Source: Ginglymostoma cirratum
Lineage: Eukaryota
Direction of reading: 5' to 3'
Assembly: GCA_024137785.1 (NCBI GenBank)
Contig: JAHRHZ010000009.1
Location: 43,387,040-43,451,039, forward strand
Length of the DNA stretch: 64,000 nucleotides
Every line of letters begins with the position of its first letter. The stretch's first letter is position 1. Below are positions 12,937 to 25,544 of the stretch, piece by piece. The notes below the pieces were generated by a model, which ran no database searches, was not told where the DNA came from, and saw only the letters and a program-made list of their open reading frames with translations. The position numbers and the translations under genes were made by a program.

Positions 12937-14604
12937 GTATTGGTTCATATTTTTCTAACTGTGCATGGATATGTTTAAAATACAGATATCTAGATTTTCT
13001 TTATATTATACTTTACATTCTAATGGACATTGACAGTGGAGGATGGACTCACATTAGTTTCAAAGCAGTGTAATTTTCTCTTGAATATAAATCACCCAGA
13101 ATTAATATAAGTTTTAGCTTTCTCTTGGATTTGAGTGCCATGAATCAAAAGAACTTCAAAAATATACCTTACAACAGACTTAAGGCTACACTATATCTTA
13201 AAAATGATAAAGTCTTGGTACCACTATATCACTCCCAGGACATTCATAATAATGATTCAGTTCAATAGATACTTTCAATAGAAACACTAAAGCACTTTGT
13301 TGAAAAGAAAATTAAAACAACAGGTGATACAGTATGGAGCATCTGTTGAAAGAACAAAATGTCCAACTTCCTGGCCAATGTCAACTTTGACTTTTTTGAC
13401 ACTCTCTCAGTGTATTACCATCTGTGCTCAGGAGAGTGGAGTTAAGGTTGTTTTAGTAATATGCTTGTAAAAGACACATGTCCAGAGTGTGAAGGATCAT
13501 ATTGATGCTGGGGCGCTGAGAGTGCTGATGCAGTAAGTAAGCAAGGGAGCCAGTAACTGCGTGGAACCAGCAGTGCCTGGTGCAACAAGGTTGAGAACCA
13601 ATTGAAGATTAGATGGATGCAGGCACCAGGATCCAACTCAGAGATGTGAGGAAGAAAAATATATGAACTCAAAAAAGCATGTTAATTCAGGTTAAAGTGT
13701 AGCTTGGAATGTTAAACATCATGACACATGGGGGTGAGCAGAAACATATCTGAAAAGTATTTACACAGAGCAGTTACTATCATTAACAAAGTAACTTACT
13801 CAGTATTGTTGTGAAGTGTACCTCACAAGATATCAAGAAAAGAGTGATAAAATATGAAGATCCAAAATATCTTAATGAGCCTTCACAGATGAACACAATA
13901 CCTGATACATATCTATCATCATATAGTATAACAAATTAGTTGGAAAGTAGCGTGTGACTTTGCCACTTGAACAATCTTAAAAAGACACTCAGGACATGAT
14001 AACATGTAACTGAATAAAGAAAACCAGAAATAATGGAAGTGTCTGGCACTACAAAGTCTTAATTCCTTCTGAGGAGGTCCACCCGAATACAATCCGAAGA
14101 GGGCCATCAAGATATTCTCATAGTTAATTTTTCTGCTTAGAATGCCCAACACTTCACATAGACATGGGAAGTGAACAATTTAATGGATAAACAGACTGAG
14201 GGTGTTCCTATGGTGGATTATTTAGATATTTCTGCTTTGATAGTCTGTGGGGGAAAAAAAATCAAGTGACATGTTCTTCAGTGGGTTAGTATCTTGAAGA
14301 GGAAAAATTAGACAATGAGGAGAAAATGTATAATGGGGGCAGCTGAAGACGTAACACTGCTTTTTGGACATTAAGTGTATTTTGTGCCCTTAAGCTGTGA
14401 CCTCGTTGAGCACAGAAGACTGTTGTCCGAGCAGAAACATTCACAGTTATCACTGGTGACCACACAAAATGGGTATATAGAAATAATCTAGCTGGATCTC
14501 CACAATGATAAATTGTCATCCATATTCTAGTCTATCATGGAATGCATGACAAAATTTTATTCATATGTAAGTTATGTGTTACAGAGAAGGCTCTGACATA
14601 GTTT

Positions 14605-14792
14605 ACAAATGAAAGCAAAGTCTAATGGATGCTGAAGATTTAAGCTAAAACATAAAGTGCCAGAGAAAATCAGTAGAGGAGAGAAATCAGTTCTGAAGAA
14701 GAGTCATATCGGATGAAAAACATTCCCTCTATTTCTCTCTCCATACAAACTACCAGACCTGCTGAGTTTCTCCAGTACTTTCTGTTTTTAAT
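14605..14792. mobile_element. Palindromic mini Penelope-derived element (family C)
   Basis: Inverted arms aaagtgccagagaaaatcag / ctgagtttctccagtacttt; central ctgaagaagagtc...gaaa resembles a decayed hammerhead. Confidence 0.6.
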
Positions 14793-16225
14793 CTCACATG
14801 AGCGCTATGACAGGTAATATGGAAATCTTCAGCAAATCTAAAGTAAACTCTATGGCTAGCTGCAGCATAGTCCATAATTGGGTTGAGAGAACTCTGAGGA
14901 AAGAATTTGTGAGCTTGATTGCTATACAGACTTCTATCTTTCTTGTGGGAAGGGTTGGAAAAGGCTGCATTTCCCAAAACCAATGTTATAAGATGGTTCT
15001 ACTATCTTGGTCCAATTTTTCTCGCACAATTTCAAGATCAGTCTAGTTTCTCTGAATGTCTACACTAGTTTGCATAATTTTCAAAATGGTGGCTATTTAT
15101 AAAAAATATAATGAAATGCAGAGAGGTAATACGATCCCAATTGCATCACTATAAGTAATACTTGAGGTTTATATTGACAGTAAGTCCCTAAAGTGGTATT
15201 GTTCCCTTGGCAATATTTGACCTGCAGAGCTTTTAGTGTATCAGAAAGTTGGCATCAATATTCAGATCTGGCACTAGTTTCCAAATCTGACAACGATCCT
15301 GTGAACTAACATTATTCCCCAAAACTGGCATCATTTACCCAGATGGACATGAAAAATATTTAAAAAGAAATATAATAAAAGAAAAGCTCCATTGATGTGC
15401 TTCATCTTTTCAATGTAAAGAAGGAGGCCATGAATGCACATTCATATTTCTCATTAAATGTTAAGTGACTAGTCCTGTCTGAGAACAGTACAACGTCTGA
15501 CATGGTATTTATTTCACAGTAATATATTAATGCAGATATGACAGATGCCACTGGTTCCTTTTTTTCTGAGTTGTATCCTTTACTCCCTTCACATTTTTTT
15601 TTACTTTCTCTTGTCACTCATTCCTGAGTTAGGGGCCAAGTTTGGTCTGGAGACCCATGAGCAAGGCACCAGTTTTGTCAGATGACCATGTGAAATCCAT
15701 GGCACCTAAAAATAACTAGAAGTAAATTAAAATGAAAGCAGAGAAAGAAAAAAAGAAGTTCTGCATTCCCAGGACCGTACAGCATCAGCACAGCTGTTCC
15801 CATCAAATATTTTAAGTCTGGCACTCATTAATTATTCAACACAAGCTTCCTCTTGCACAGTCGGAGCTGGCAAGCTGTGATTGAGATTTCCTGTGATGGT
15901 ACAGAAACATAAATGGTGGCACTATGAATATTTTAAGTTCCTTTATTTCTTCCCCCTGCTAACCAAAAAGTTGAAATAATCCCACAATCTTTAGATATAG
16001 AAAAATCATACTCCTTGAGAAAATAGAATTATGATCTTCTCTTATATGGAAACACAAGTACAGTAGGTATTTATAGATTTACAATTTCTTCTATGCTTCT
16101 GGATTGCAGTATTAATAAGGGAATGGTGGAAGACAGAAAACTGGAAAGTCACTATTGACTCGAGGCCAAATCGTAATCACAGGGGAAAGATTAGTTGCAA
16201 AAATGATTGTTCCTATCTACAATAG

Positions 16226-16293
16226 ATGCCTGCGGAACAAGCAACTGTGGGAATAACTGCACTGCTGCATAAAAAAATTGGCAAATATGGAAA
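16226..16293 (+). CDS. Candidate exon (68 bp, phase 0-2) of an unidentified gene
   Basis: Acceptor ttcctatctacaatag|, donor GGAAA|gtgagt; only phase 0 is open, MPAEQATVGITALLHKKIGKYG; fits the preceding exon. Confidence 0.6.
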
Positions 16294-16435
16294 GTGAGTA
16301 TAATTTTATTATAAAGGAGTCATGAATCACAAGACTGCAAATATTTGAACAACGGCACTTTGCATTGTATCAACGTCAAGTATTCATTATCTTTCATTTT
16401 GTTGCTTACATTATGTATGATGAAAAAATGTTTAG

Positions 16436-16680
16436 ATCCAAAATACATCCATTGGTGAGATCACTTTGTAAAGAAACCTCAGCAGGTTGTGTAAAATGGA
16501 TGTGCATTAGATCCTGTAAAATTTATGGGAGTTTGGATCTGGAATTTGCTACAGAATGCTAACAAAGTGATGGGAAATGGAATATTTGGGTTTGCTTCTG
16601 CTGGCCCTTGCCAACCTCAATTCCTTTTCTCCAACTTCTCTCTCCTGGGAGAACTGCCGGATGCACTTTTCCCATTTGCT
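16436..16680 (+). pseudogene. Candidate exon (245 bp, phase 2-1) with one in-frame TAA at 16560-16562
   Basis: Acceptor atgtttag|, consensus donor GCT|gtaagt; reads SKIHPLVRSLCKETSAGCVKWMCIRSCKIYGSLDLEFATEC*QSDGKWNIWVCFCWPLPTSIPFLQLLSPGRTAGCTFPIC; phases bridge the 16226 and 21806 exons. Confidence 0.4.
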
Positions 16681-18018
16681 GTAAGTAAACTCCAACGAGG
16701 GTTTCAAATCCTATGATAATTTTCTATATACTTTCTGTCCTTTGTCGTCTGATGTTTCACAATGTAAAGCTTTTATTGAATGATTCAAATGCGGAAAATA
16801 TATAAAATGATCATTTTGAAATGAAAATCAATGGACAATCTGCATTCAAAGCCTTTCTCATATAAACTGAAAAGATTCCCATTATTCCTATTCAGTGTTA
16901 CCAAATGTACCATTAATAACATAGAGACCAAGAAGCAGGTGTCTGCAAATTCTTTTTCACAGCAGGCTTGTTTTTACACTTGTGAAGATGGCAGATTTTT
17001 TTTTTATTTTCTTATTCTTTCGCAGGATGTAGGCATTACTGGCTAGGCTAACATTTGCTGCCGTCACTAATTGCCTAGGGTGAGATTGTGGTGAGCTACT
17101 TTCTCGAACAGCTGCAGGCCTTGGGGTGTCGGCAAACCCACTGTGCTGTTAGGAAAAGAGTTCCAAGGTTTTCACCCAGGGAAAGCAAAGGAAAATTGAT
17201 ATAAGGCTAAATCGTATCAGAAATCAGCTACAGGTCAGTTTTGTCAAGCTTTATTAAAGGTTTTTCTCCATGAGAGCTAGCATGTTTTTCCCGTTCCATC
17301 AACCCAAACTTACCTCACCAACTCGGTTTCATGCCTCTATGGCACCCTCCTTGTTGATGCTAACCCGGTTTTCCTGCATACCATATTCAGGAATAGTCAC
17401 CACTGCTGGGATATCTAGGTTCCTGGTCCCATGTTTAAAAGGCAGTTGTGCACCTAATCAAGTGCTGCCAGCCTGGACCAAGGTTGTTACTTGGGACAGT
17501 GCAGTCTCTACAGTGAGGAGAAGCACTTAACAGTATAGGAAGAAGGTCAATGGTTTGCCGCTGTTACCTCACAGTCACTCCATCTCTGCCACTGCAACAA
17601 CCTTCCACTAATGCCCATACTCTGCAATGCTCGTCATTGAACGTAGTGTCTTCCCTTACTTGCTCCCACATCCCCCAAATGCCACACTACTAACCCTGCA
17701 CCCAAATGCACTGCCTACTCACCCAGTGGAGCCACATCACCATATTTCTCCCACTAACAGATGCGCCACCTGCTTTTGCCTTACTCAACCCTTGCTTTCT
17801 CTCATTTCAAGACAAAACGACCCATAATGAGGCCGAAAGGACCAGGACAGGTGATAAGGTCCAAATATTTATCTGCACAGTATGAGAGAGGGTTTTGTCC
17901 CTGGTCAGTGAAGATTGGGACCGCTCCTTTAGAGACGCCAAAACCTCTATGGTCCAATAACCAAGTGAGGAATATTGTTCACTGCTATGCTACTCTCCCA
18001 ATACCCCCCACTGAGAAT

Positions 18019-19030
18019 TGTTACAGCGGGAGAATGGCCAAACCTCTCTGATAATTAAAAACAAAACACAAGCCCCAATCTGCTATGATGGGATTAGAGG
18101 TTCCCTTCTAATAATTACCCCAAAAACGACTAGAGAAACCCACTTTTCTCCTCATAAGCTGTTAAGAGTGGTTAAAAGAAAGAAAATCCCTGATCCGCTT
18201 TATAAATAACAAAAAACAATTTGTTAATTTGTTCAGTGTTAGGGTTAGATAAATAGAGTTACTAATAAGGCAAATAATTCCCCCCTAGATTACTAACTAC
18301 TCCCTAGCAGGCCTAAATTCTACTGGAATGCCATTCAAATAACGACAAATCCCATTTACATAAACCCAATTAATAAGACAACAATAAATTAAAACAATCT
18401 CCTCAGTTTTGCATAGGCTGTGTCTTCTGGAACCCTTTGCCTTCTGTTCACCTCACACCACAAGTCCTTTTCTTCCACTGATTCTACTGTCAGGGATGTT
18501 TTCTCTGTGAAGACATGCCATTACATCTTTTATCAATAAGGTGGTGCTTTCTCAGAGTTTACCAATTTCTCGTGAGAGCGCGGGGCTTATTTCTCAGATG
18601 GTAGTCATGTTCTCCCCTCAGGTGGCAATTGGCTCTCTCCAATTTTCCAAATGTCCTCATCTTTATATACCCCCTGCCCCGATGACACACCAATTTCTTA
18701 TAATATGATTGGTTTCAGGTTGCCAAAACCATCAGTTTTAAATTCAATTGGTTTTCGGTAGCTCAGGGCCTGGTTCAAATTGATTGACTAAAATTCATAA
18801 CAGTTGTCTTGGTAAAAAAAATGCTGCTTATCCTTTCAATATAAATATTTCAATTTTGTACTGGCATCCTCCAGCTGCTGCTCACGGACATACATTTTAA
18901 AAATCTCTAAGCACAGAAAAAACACCATCTTTTAAAGGTATGTGCACTGCTTTTCCCCACTATCATTTTTACTGACAAATTCTAACTTCCTTCCTTCCAA
19001 TTCATGAATACTGTACGCAGCTTTGTAACA
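18019..19030 (-). mobile_element. Solo LTR (about 1012 bp), Gypsy- or ERV-type
   Basis: Termini TGTTACA...TGTAACA; exact 4-bp TSD gaat (18015-18018 and 19031-19034); TATA-like gtatataaag on the minus strand near 18661. Confidence 0.85.
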
Positions 19031-19442
19031 GAATGTATTTTTAGCAATCCACAACTTCCACACCTCGAGATGTTATCTATGTTTATGTCCTGCAGAGATA
19101 CATGTCCACCATTCTACGGTCAAGATAGTGGCCCAACAAGACATGCCCTCTTCCACTCAGATGGGAGAACTGAGACCTCAAAAGAATCACCAGAAGATTG
19201 CCTCTTACACCCTCCACCAGCTCAGTGATTGAGCTAAACAGGAAGGCAAAATAGGAGTCCTGCAGTCCTTTATGGTCTAGAGGAGGAGCCAAAGCACAAA
19301 ACGGCTAAAAAAGGCAGAGAAATTGTGAGCATCCAGATAAGCCCAAAGTGAGTGAGTGCTAAGAAAGCAAGTGAACAGCCTTGAAATGTGTTCTACAGAA
19401 AAGTCACATTGAACTTGAAACATTAATTCTATCTCTATCTGT

Positions 19443-19443
19443 C

Positions 19444-19478
<35 letters not shown>
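19443..19478. repeat. (CT)n microsatellite inside a Penelope family-C fragment
   Basis: ctttctctctttctctctctctctctctctctctct followed by acagatggtgccaaacctgctgagttt. Confidence 0.9.
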
Positions 19479-19645
19479 ACAGATGGTGCCAAACCTGCTG
19501 AGTTTCACCAACATTCTCTGAAATGCAACTTTGTCTGGTCCATGAGCTAAGTGCACACAAAGCGTCCTGGCATCAACATTCCACTAAGAAGTGCCAGTGT
19601 GTTCCAAAGTGCAGTAATGGAGTAAACAAACGTATTGTAGCTGGA

Positions 19646-19844
19646 GATAACAAGGTGTAGAACTGGATGAACACAGCAGGCCAAGCAGCATCAGAGGAGC
19701 AGGAAGCTTGACACTTCAGGCCTAGACAAGAAACGTCAGCCTTCCTGCTCCTCTGATGCTGCTTGGCCTGCTGTGTTCATCCAGCTATACACCTTGTTAT
19801 CTCAGATTCTCCAGCATCTGCAGTTCCTACTATCTCTGAAATAA
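19646..19844. mobile_element. Palindromic mini Penelope element (family A) with 13-bp TSD
   Basis: Inverted arms gataacaaggtgtag...gcaggaag / cttcctgc...accttgttatc; TSD tattgtagctgga at 19633-19645 and 19845-19857. Confidence 0.9.
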
Positions 19845-20589
19845 TATTGTAGCTGGATCAGAGGTGTGCTGCCTCTGGAGGTGAGGGGATTGAGGCTGCA
19901 ATATTTCAGGTGCCAACATCTCTAGACAGGGTAGGGATGTGTGCGAAGACTACCCATGGAGTGTGCCCTGAGATGTTAGTGGCAGGCTTCCAAGATAGAG
20001 GATGGAGGAGCAAGCTGGAGGTGCTAGGTACCTGCTCTGACGTTCATGTTGGGAATTCTCAGTATCTAATTTCTATATGGCGAGGGGGACAGTTGGAGGC
20101 TACATATTGATCAGGTGAAATTATTAGTAATGAGGGTGATAATTAGTGATAACCTTTGTTAATAGTCCTCTAGCAGCTCACTAGTGAGAATCTTATTTCG
20201 ATATCCTGAACTTGGTTGGAAAACACATCTTGATGTTCCCAGCATGGATGAGGGCCTCACTCAACTTCTTGTGATTCTCCTAAATTTCTCACAATAGCTT
20301 ACATTGTTCAGGGTCTGGGAAGATTCCACCCTTAGTTCGAAGTCAGAATGGTGTGTGGCTTGGAGGGAATATGCAGCTGGTGCTGTTTTCATGCATCTGT
20401 TGCCTTTGTCCTTCTCGGTGGTGAAGGTCACATGTTTGAATGGGGCTGTTTCTTTATTGGCTGAGAGCTGAAATATAAGTGCGGAGTTTATGCTAGAACT
20501 GCTAGAAAATGGTTTAGGCCACTGCAAGAGTACTCATACGTTTGACTCCCCCACCATGACAGGAAAGACAAGGGTACACTGGTGAGGGC

Positions 20590-21030
20590 ACAGCATATTC
20601 ATAAGGATTTTGCTGCCAGTGGGGAATCCTAGTTTTGAGGAATGATTCAGTGGGTTAGATATTTTTCTTTTGAACAAAGAAGGCTGGGGAGAGTTTTAAT
20701 TGAAGTACATGAAAGTCTGAGTTGCCTCGTTATAGTGAAGAGGAAGGGCCTGTTTCCTTTAACAGAGAGGTTAATTACATGGACTTATTAGTAATTAATG
20801 AAAGGATTAACAGAGAGCTGAGGAGCAATTTCACCCAGAAGTGCTGCTGGGCATCTTGAACCCACTGCCTGAATGGGTGCGAGATCCACCAAGTCTTCCT
20901 TGCATTTGGAAATATTTAGATCTGGATTCAGCTGTTGTAACCCACTGACAACAAGCTGCAATGTGAGATAGACTGGATTATTCTATTTGACTGCATGGAT
21001 GCAATAGGCTGAATTGACCTCCATGTGTAC
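20590..21030 (+). mobile_element. CR1 3' fragment, old
   Basis: tttgaacaaagaaggctggggagag...ttcacccagaag...ccactgcctga; degenerate CR1 C-terminus. Confidence 0.55.
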
Positions 21031-21206
21031 CTTATATTTGTCTAAATATCCTCAAACCTGCCTGCATTTCGTGTGTTTTCATTGATAAGTCATAGGGAAG
21101 GTGGCAACAATTCTGAAAAACATAGATCATGCTAACATACCTTTGGAAGGTTAAAATATGTTAACCTCCTCCTCTGTCCATCTCTCCATTCTAACCTGAA
21201 CATTTA

Positions 21207-21381
21207 GTTGGAGACAAAAAAATTGCAGTTTCTGGAAGCCGAGGTAGACAAACAGGAGGCTGAGAAAACACAGCAAGCCAGGCAACATCTGGAGAAGGAG
21301 AAGTCAACACCCCGAAATGTTGACTTCTCCTCCTCCAGATCCTCCTCCTGGCTTGCTGTGTTTTTCCAGCCTCCTGTTTGT
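21207..21381. mobile_element. Palindromic mini Penelope element (family D)
   Basis: Arms tagacaaacaggaggctgagaaaacacagcaagccagg / cctggcttgctgtgtttttccagcctcctgtttgtcta; imperfect TSD ctaacc..aacattta. Confidence 0.8.
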
Positions 21382-21805
21382 CTAACCCAAACATTTACCT
21401 GCTGCATAGTCTATCTTCAGCCAAAGCCTTCAACAAGACAGCAGGCTAATTTCTTTGATAACTCTGCCCCTACTGCTGATTTTCTGTCAATGGTCCTGAT
21501 GTAACACTACCAACAAGTTTCAACCTTGTAGATGCAGGATCCCTCTTAGATGCAAGAATTGAGATGAGAAAATGTCTGATATGTGTGATGATCCCCAAAT
21601 CGAGATACAAAGGAGCAGGCGGAAGTATTATCTTGTTGGATCACCACCACTATGAAGGGAACGACAGTCAATACTCTATCAGCAGCATGATGATCGATTT
21701 GTATGGTTTACTGGGAAATTCTGATTTTACACTCAGTCTATCAGCAAATCTTAGAATTCAATACGTTTTGTTTATAAATTTATAAAATTGTCTCTCCATT
21801 TTTAG

Positions 21806-21866
21806 ATGCACTCACTGAATTACAATTACATATTTTACTTCCAGGTTTTGCTGATGTTACAATTAG
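21806..21866 (+). CDS. Candidate exon (61 bp, phase 1-2)
   Basis: Acceptor tctctccatttttag|, donor TTAG|gtgggg; reads ALTELQLHILLPGFADVTIR; end phase fits the terminal exon at 37485. Confidence 0.4.
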
Positions 21867-22392
21867 GTGGGGAGAAACAGAATGGTTCTCTTCCTTTCTC
21901 AATTCTTATTCAGCTCCATCATTTTTTAAATTTTAGTTAGTGTTAACTGATTAAATGCTGACTGTAAAGGATGGACACAAACCTTGAGATTTTGTTTTAA
22001 CTGAGAAGAAGGTTATGTTTGTTACATTTAACCTTAAACAGGCACAAGCATTTGAAGCTCACGGACACACATGTATCAATAAGTTATAGAGTAGCAGAAT
22101 AGATGAAACAAGCTTTCTGAAATCCAATAAAAGGTAAATGCACACTAGCTTGTGTAAGTAAATCACTTGAATGATTTCTGATTGGCTTGGTTATTGCTGA
22201 AGATTTGGTGTCAATGTGATTTGAAGTTGTTGATATTTAATTTATCTTTACTTCCAGAAACAGCAGCTGATTTTTTATTTATTCTAAAACTCTGTCTGCT
22301 GTATGCAAGTGGCCAAAGAGGACGTGAGATTACAAGATGAATAGAGAGAGAATGAGACCACTCACATGGAGAATTTATGTTTTCTGACTTAG

Positions 22393-23785
22393 TCACAGAA
22401 TTATGCAGTCATAGTGCTATACAGCATGAAAACAGACCTTTTGGTCCAACTCATCCATGACTATTAGCTATCCCAAATTAATCTAGTCCCATTTACCAGC
22501 ATTTGGCCCATATCCTTCTCAACCCTTCCTATTCATATACCCATCCAGATGACTTTTAAATGTTGTAATTGTACCGGCTTCCACCACTTCCTCTGACAGC
22601 TCATTCCATACACGCAGCACCCTCTGTGTGAAAAGGTTGCCCATTAGGTCCCTTTTAAATCTTTGCCCTCTCATCTTAAACTTACGGCCTCTAATTTTAG
22701 ACTCCCCATCATGGGAAAAGGGCTGTTGCTATTTACCCTATCCATGCCCCTCATGATTTTACAAACCTCAATAAGGTCTTACGTCGGCCTCCGACACTCC
22801 AGGGAAAATAGCCCCACCCCATTCAGCCTCTTCCTAAAGCTCAAGCTCTCCTACCATGGCAACATCCTTGGAAATCTTTTCTGAACCATGTCAAGCCTCA
22901 CAAAATCCTTCCTATGGCAGGGAGGTCAGAATAGCACGTAGTATTCCAAAAGTGGCCTCACCAATGTCCTGTACAGTCGCAATATGATCTCTCAACTCCT
23001 ACACTCAATGCACTGACCAATAAAGGCAAGCTTACCAAACACCTTCTACACTATCCTGTCAAACTGGGGCTCCACTTTTAAGGAACTATGAACCTGCACT
23101 CCAAGGTCTCTGTTCAGCAACACTCCTCAGGACCTTACTGTTAAGTATATAAGTCCTGCACTGATTTGCCTTTCTAAAATGCAGCACTTCACACTTATTT
23201 AAATTAAAGTCCATCTGCCACTTTTCGGCCCATTGGTCCATCTGATCAAGGTCCTGTTGTCCTCTGAAGTAACCTTCTTTGCCGTCCAATATGCCTCCAA
23301 CTTTGATGTAATCTACAAATTTACTAATCATACCTCCTCTGTTCACATACAAATCATTTATATAAATAATGAAAAGCAGGAACCCAGCACCGATCCTTGT
23401 GGCATCCCGCTGGTCACGGGCCTCCAGTCTGAAAAGCAACCCTCCATCACTACCCTCTGTCTTCTACCATCAAGCCATTTCTGTGTCCAAATGGCTAGCT
23501 CTCCCTGTATTCTATGTGCTCTAACCTTGCTAACCAGTCTACCATGCGGAAATTGTTGAATGCCTTACTGAAGTCCATATAGATCATAGTCTATAGCTCT
23601 GCCCTCATCAATCCTCTTTGTCGCCTCTTTAAAAAACTCAATCAGGTTGGTGAGACATGATTTTTCACACACAAAACCATGTTGACTCTTCTTAATCAGT
23701 CCTTGCTTTTCCAAATGCATTTAGGTCCTGTCCCCCAGAATTCCCTCCAACAACTTCCTCACTACTCATATCAGGCTCACCGGAA
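22393..23785 (-). mobile_element. CR1 (HER1-like) LINE, 5'-truncated
   Basis: ORF 23086..23439: LLFIIYINDL..MISKFVDYIKVGG..QQDLDQMDQWAEKWQMDFNLNKCEVLHF; CR1 3' UTR at the left end. Confidence 0.9.
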
Positions 23786-24324
23786 TAGGAAAGATGCTAT
23801 AGGATCACTATTATACGAAAAATGTTGTTAAACTTGAAAGGGTTCAGAAAAGGTTTACAAGGGTGTTGTCATGACTGGAGGGTTTCAGCTATATTGGGAG
23901 GCTGAATAGGCTGGGTCTTATTTTCCCGAAATGTTGGAGGGCAAGGGGTGACATAATACAGGTTTGTAAAATCATGAGGGCCATGGATGGAGTGAAGAGC
24001 CATGGTCTTTTACCAAGGGTAGGGGAGTCCAAAACTTTAAGTGTAGGTTTAAGGTGAGAAGGGAAAGATTTAAAAGGTACCTCACGGGCAACGTTTTCAG
24101 GCAGAGGATGGTATGTGTATGCAACAAGCTGCCAGAGTAAGTGGTGGAGGCAGGTACAATTATAATATTTAAAAGGCATCTGGATCTGTATATGAATAGG
24201 AATGGTTTAGACGGATATGGGCTAAATTATGGCAAAAGGGACTAGATCAGTTTAGGACATCTAGTCAGAACAGATAAGTTGGACCAAAGGGTCTGTTTCT
24301 GTGTTGTATGATTCTATGACTCTA
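23786..24324 (+). mobile_element. CR1 3' fragment, inverted relative to the adjacent copy
   Basis: cttgaaagggttcagaaaaggtttacaagg (LERVQKRFTR); ends ctgtgttgtatgattctatgactcta. Confidence 0.9.
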
Positions 24325-24567
24325 GGTGTTCTTCAAATGAGTCACTGGACATATGGCGAACTCAAATTCCTCTCTAATCACTTTGACTAGCTCCTGTAGA
24401 GCACTTAGCTCCATTTTTAATGGCTATGGAATTTGTTTTAAAAAATGCAAATATCTAGCATCTTAGAAACTGCAGTGTCAAGACATTTGATTGCTGATAC
24501 TCTCTTTTAAACCTTCTTTTTTCAAATATGTAAAGTCATTTTCAAAATACAGCATTGCTTTATATCA

Positions 24568-24797
24568 AACGAAAACCCAAAAGAACTGTGGATGCTGTAA
24601 ATCAGAAACAAAAACAAAAGTTGCTGGAAAATCTCAGCGGCTCTGGCAACATCTGTGGAGAGAAATCAGAGTTAAAGTTTCAGGTCGAGCGCCCTTCCTC
24701 AGAAGTTAATTCTGAGTTGACCCAAAACGTTAACTCTGATTTCTCTTCACGGATGCTGCCAGACCTGCTGAGCTTTTCCAGCAATTTCTGTTTTTGT
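24568..24797. mobile_element. Palindromic mini Penelope element (family C) with 14-bp TSD
   Basis: Inverted arms around ctcagaa-gttaa-ttctgag; TSD attgctttatatca at 24554-24567 and 24798-24811. Confidence 0.9.
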
Positions 24798-25544
24798 ATT
24801 GCTTTATATCACTTAGATTCACCTTCTCTTGTTTATATAGAACAGAAATATGAATTTTCAAACACAGTCAAGACATCTAGGTTTGAAGGGCAGTGAGGCG
24901 AAGTCAAAAGCTAAAAAGGAACCCTAGAAATTCATGGTCAATAAGCAAGAAACAAAGTCATTACACTAAATTAATAGACTGAAAAGCTGAGAACCAGTAT
25001 AGAAGATTTAATGATTGTGTCTGGAGTGTAGAACTAGGGTATAATTCTGAGCCACTTAAGAGATGACAGCACACAAAGTGACACTGTGGGGATTCTAGCA
25101 GTAAATAAGTCATTGCAACTCTCCATTTAAAAGTCAGATTCACATGCATCCTTCCTATTTCAAGGCATCTCTGTTTTTATTCTTATCTCCCACCTGTTCA
25201 CAGTTAGACAGGGATTAAAAGCTTTTGAACACAATGGGTATGAGGTGCTTGTCAATGACCAACATGAACTAAAGAATTAACATACTGTTTAATTTCTGGG
25301 GAAAGCAATTCCATTTATGATATTAACTACCTTTCATCTGGGTGCTATTTTTAAATCTGGTAACAATGCAGTCTGATTAAGAGCATTCCAAATACCTTTC
25401 ATATGAATAACATTGGTAAAATAATTCTGAGATGTGACAGGTTGCAATAGTCAAATTAAACGTTCTGAAATTCTGGAGGATAATGATGAATATAATGCAG
25501 ACAATGTTTTTGGAATGTCATGGGGATGAATATTAATGAGTAAT

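Noticed and set aside
22042-22132. AG...GTAAAT exon-like segment
   Set aside because: Stops in all three frames and no supporting context.
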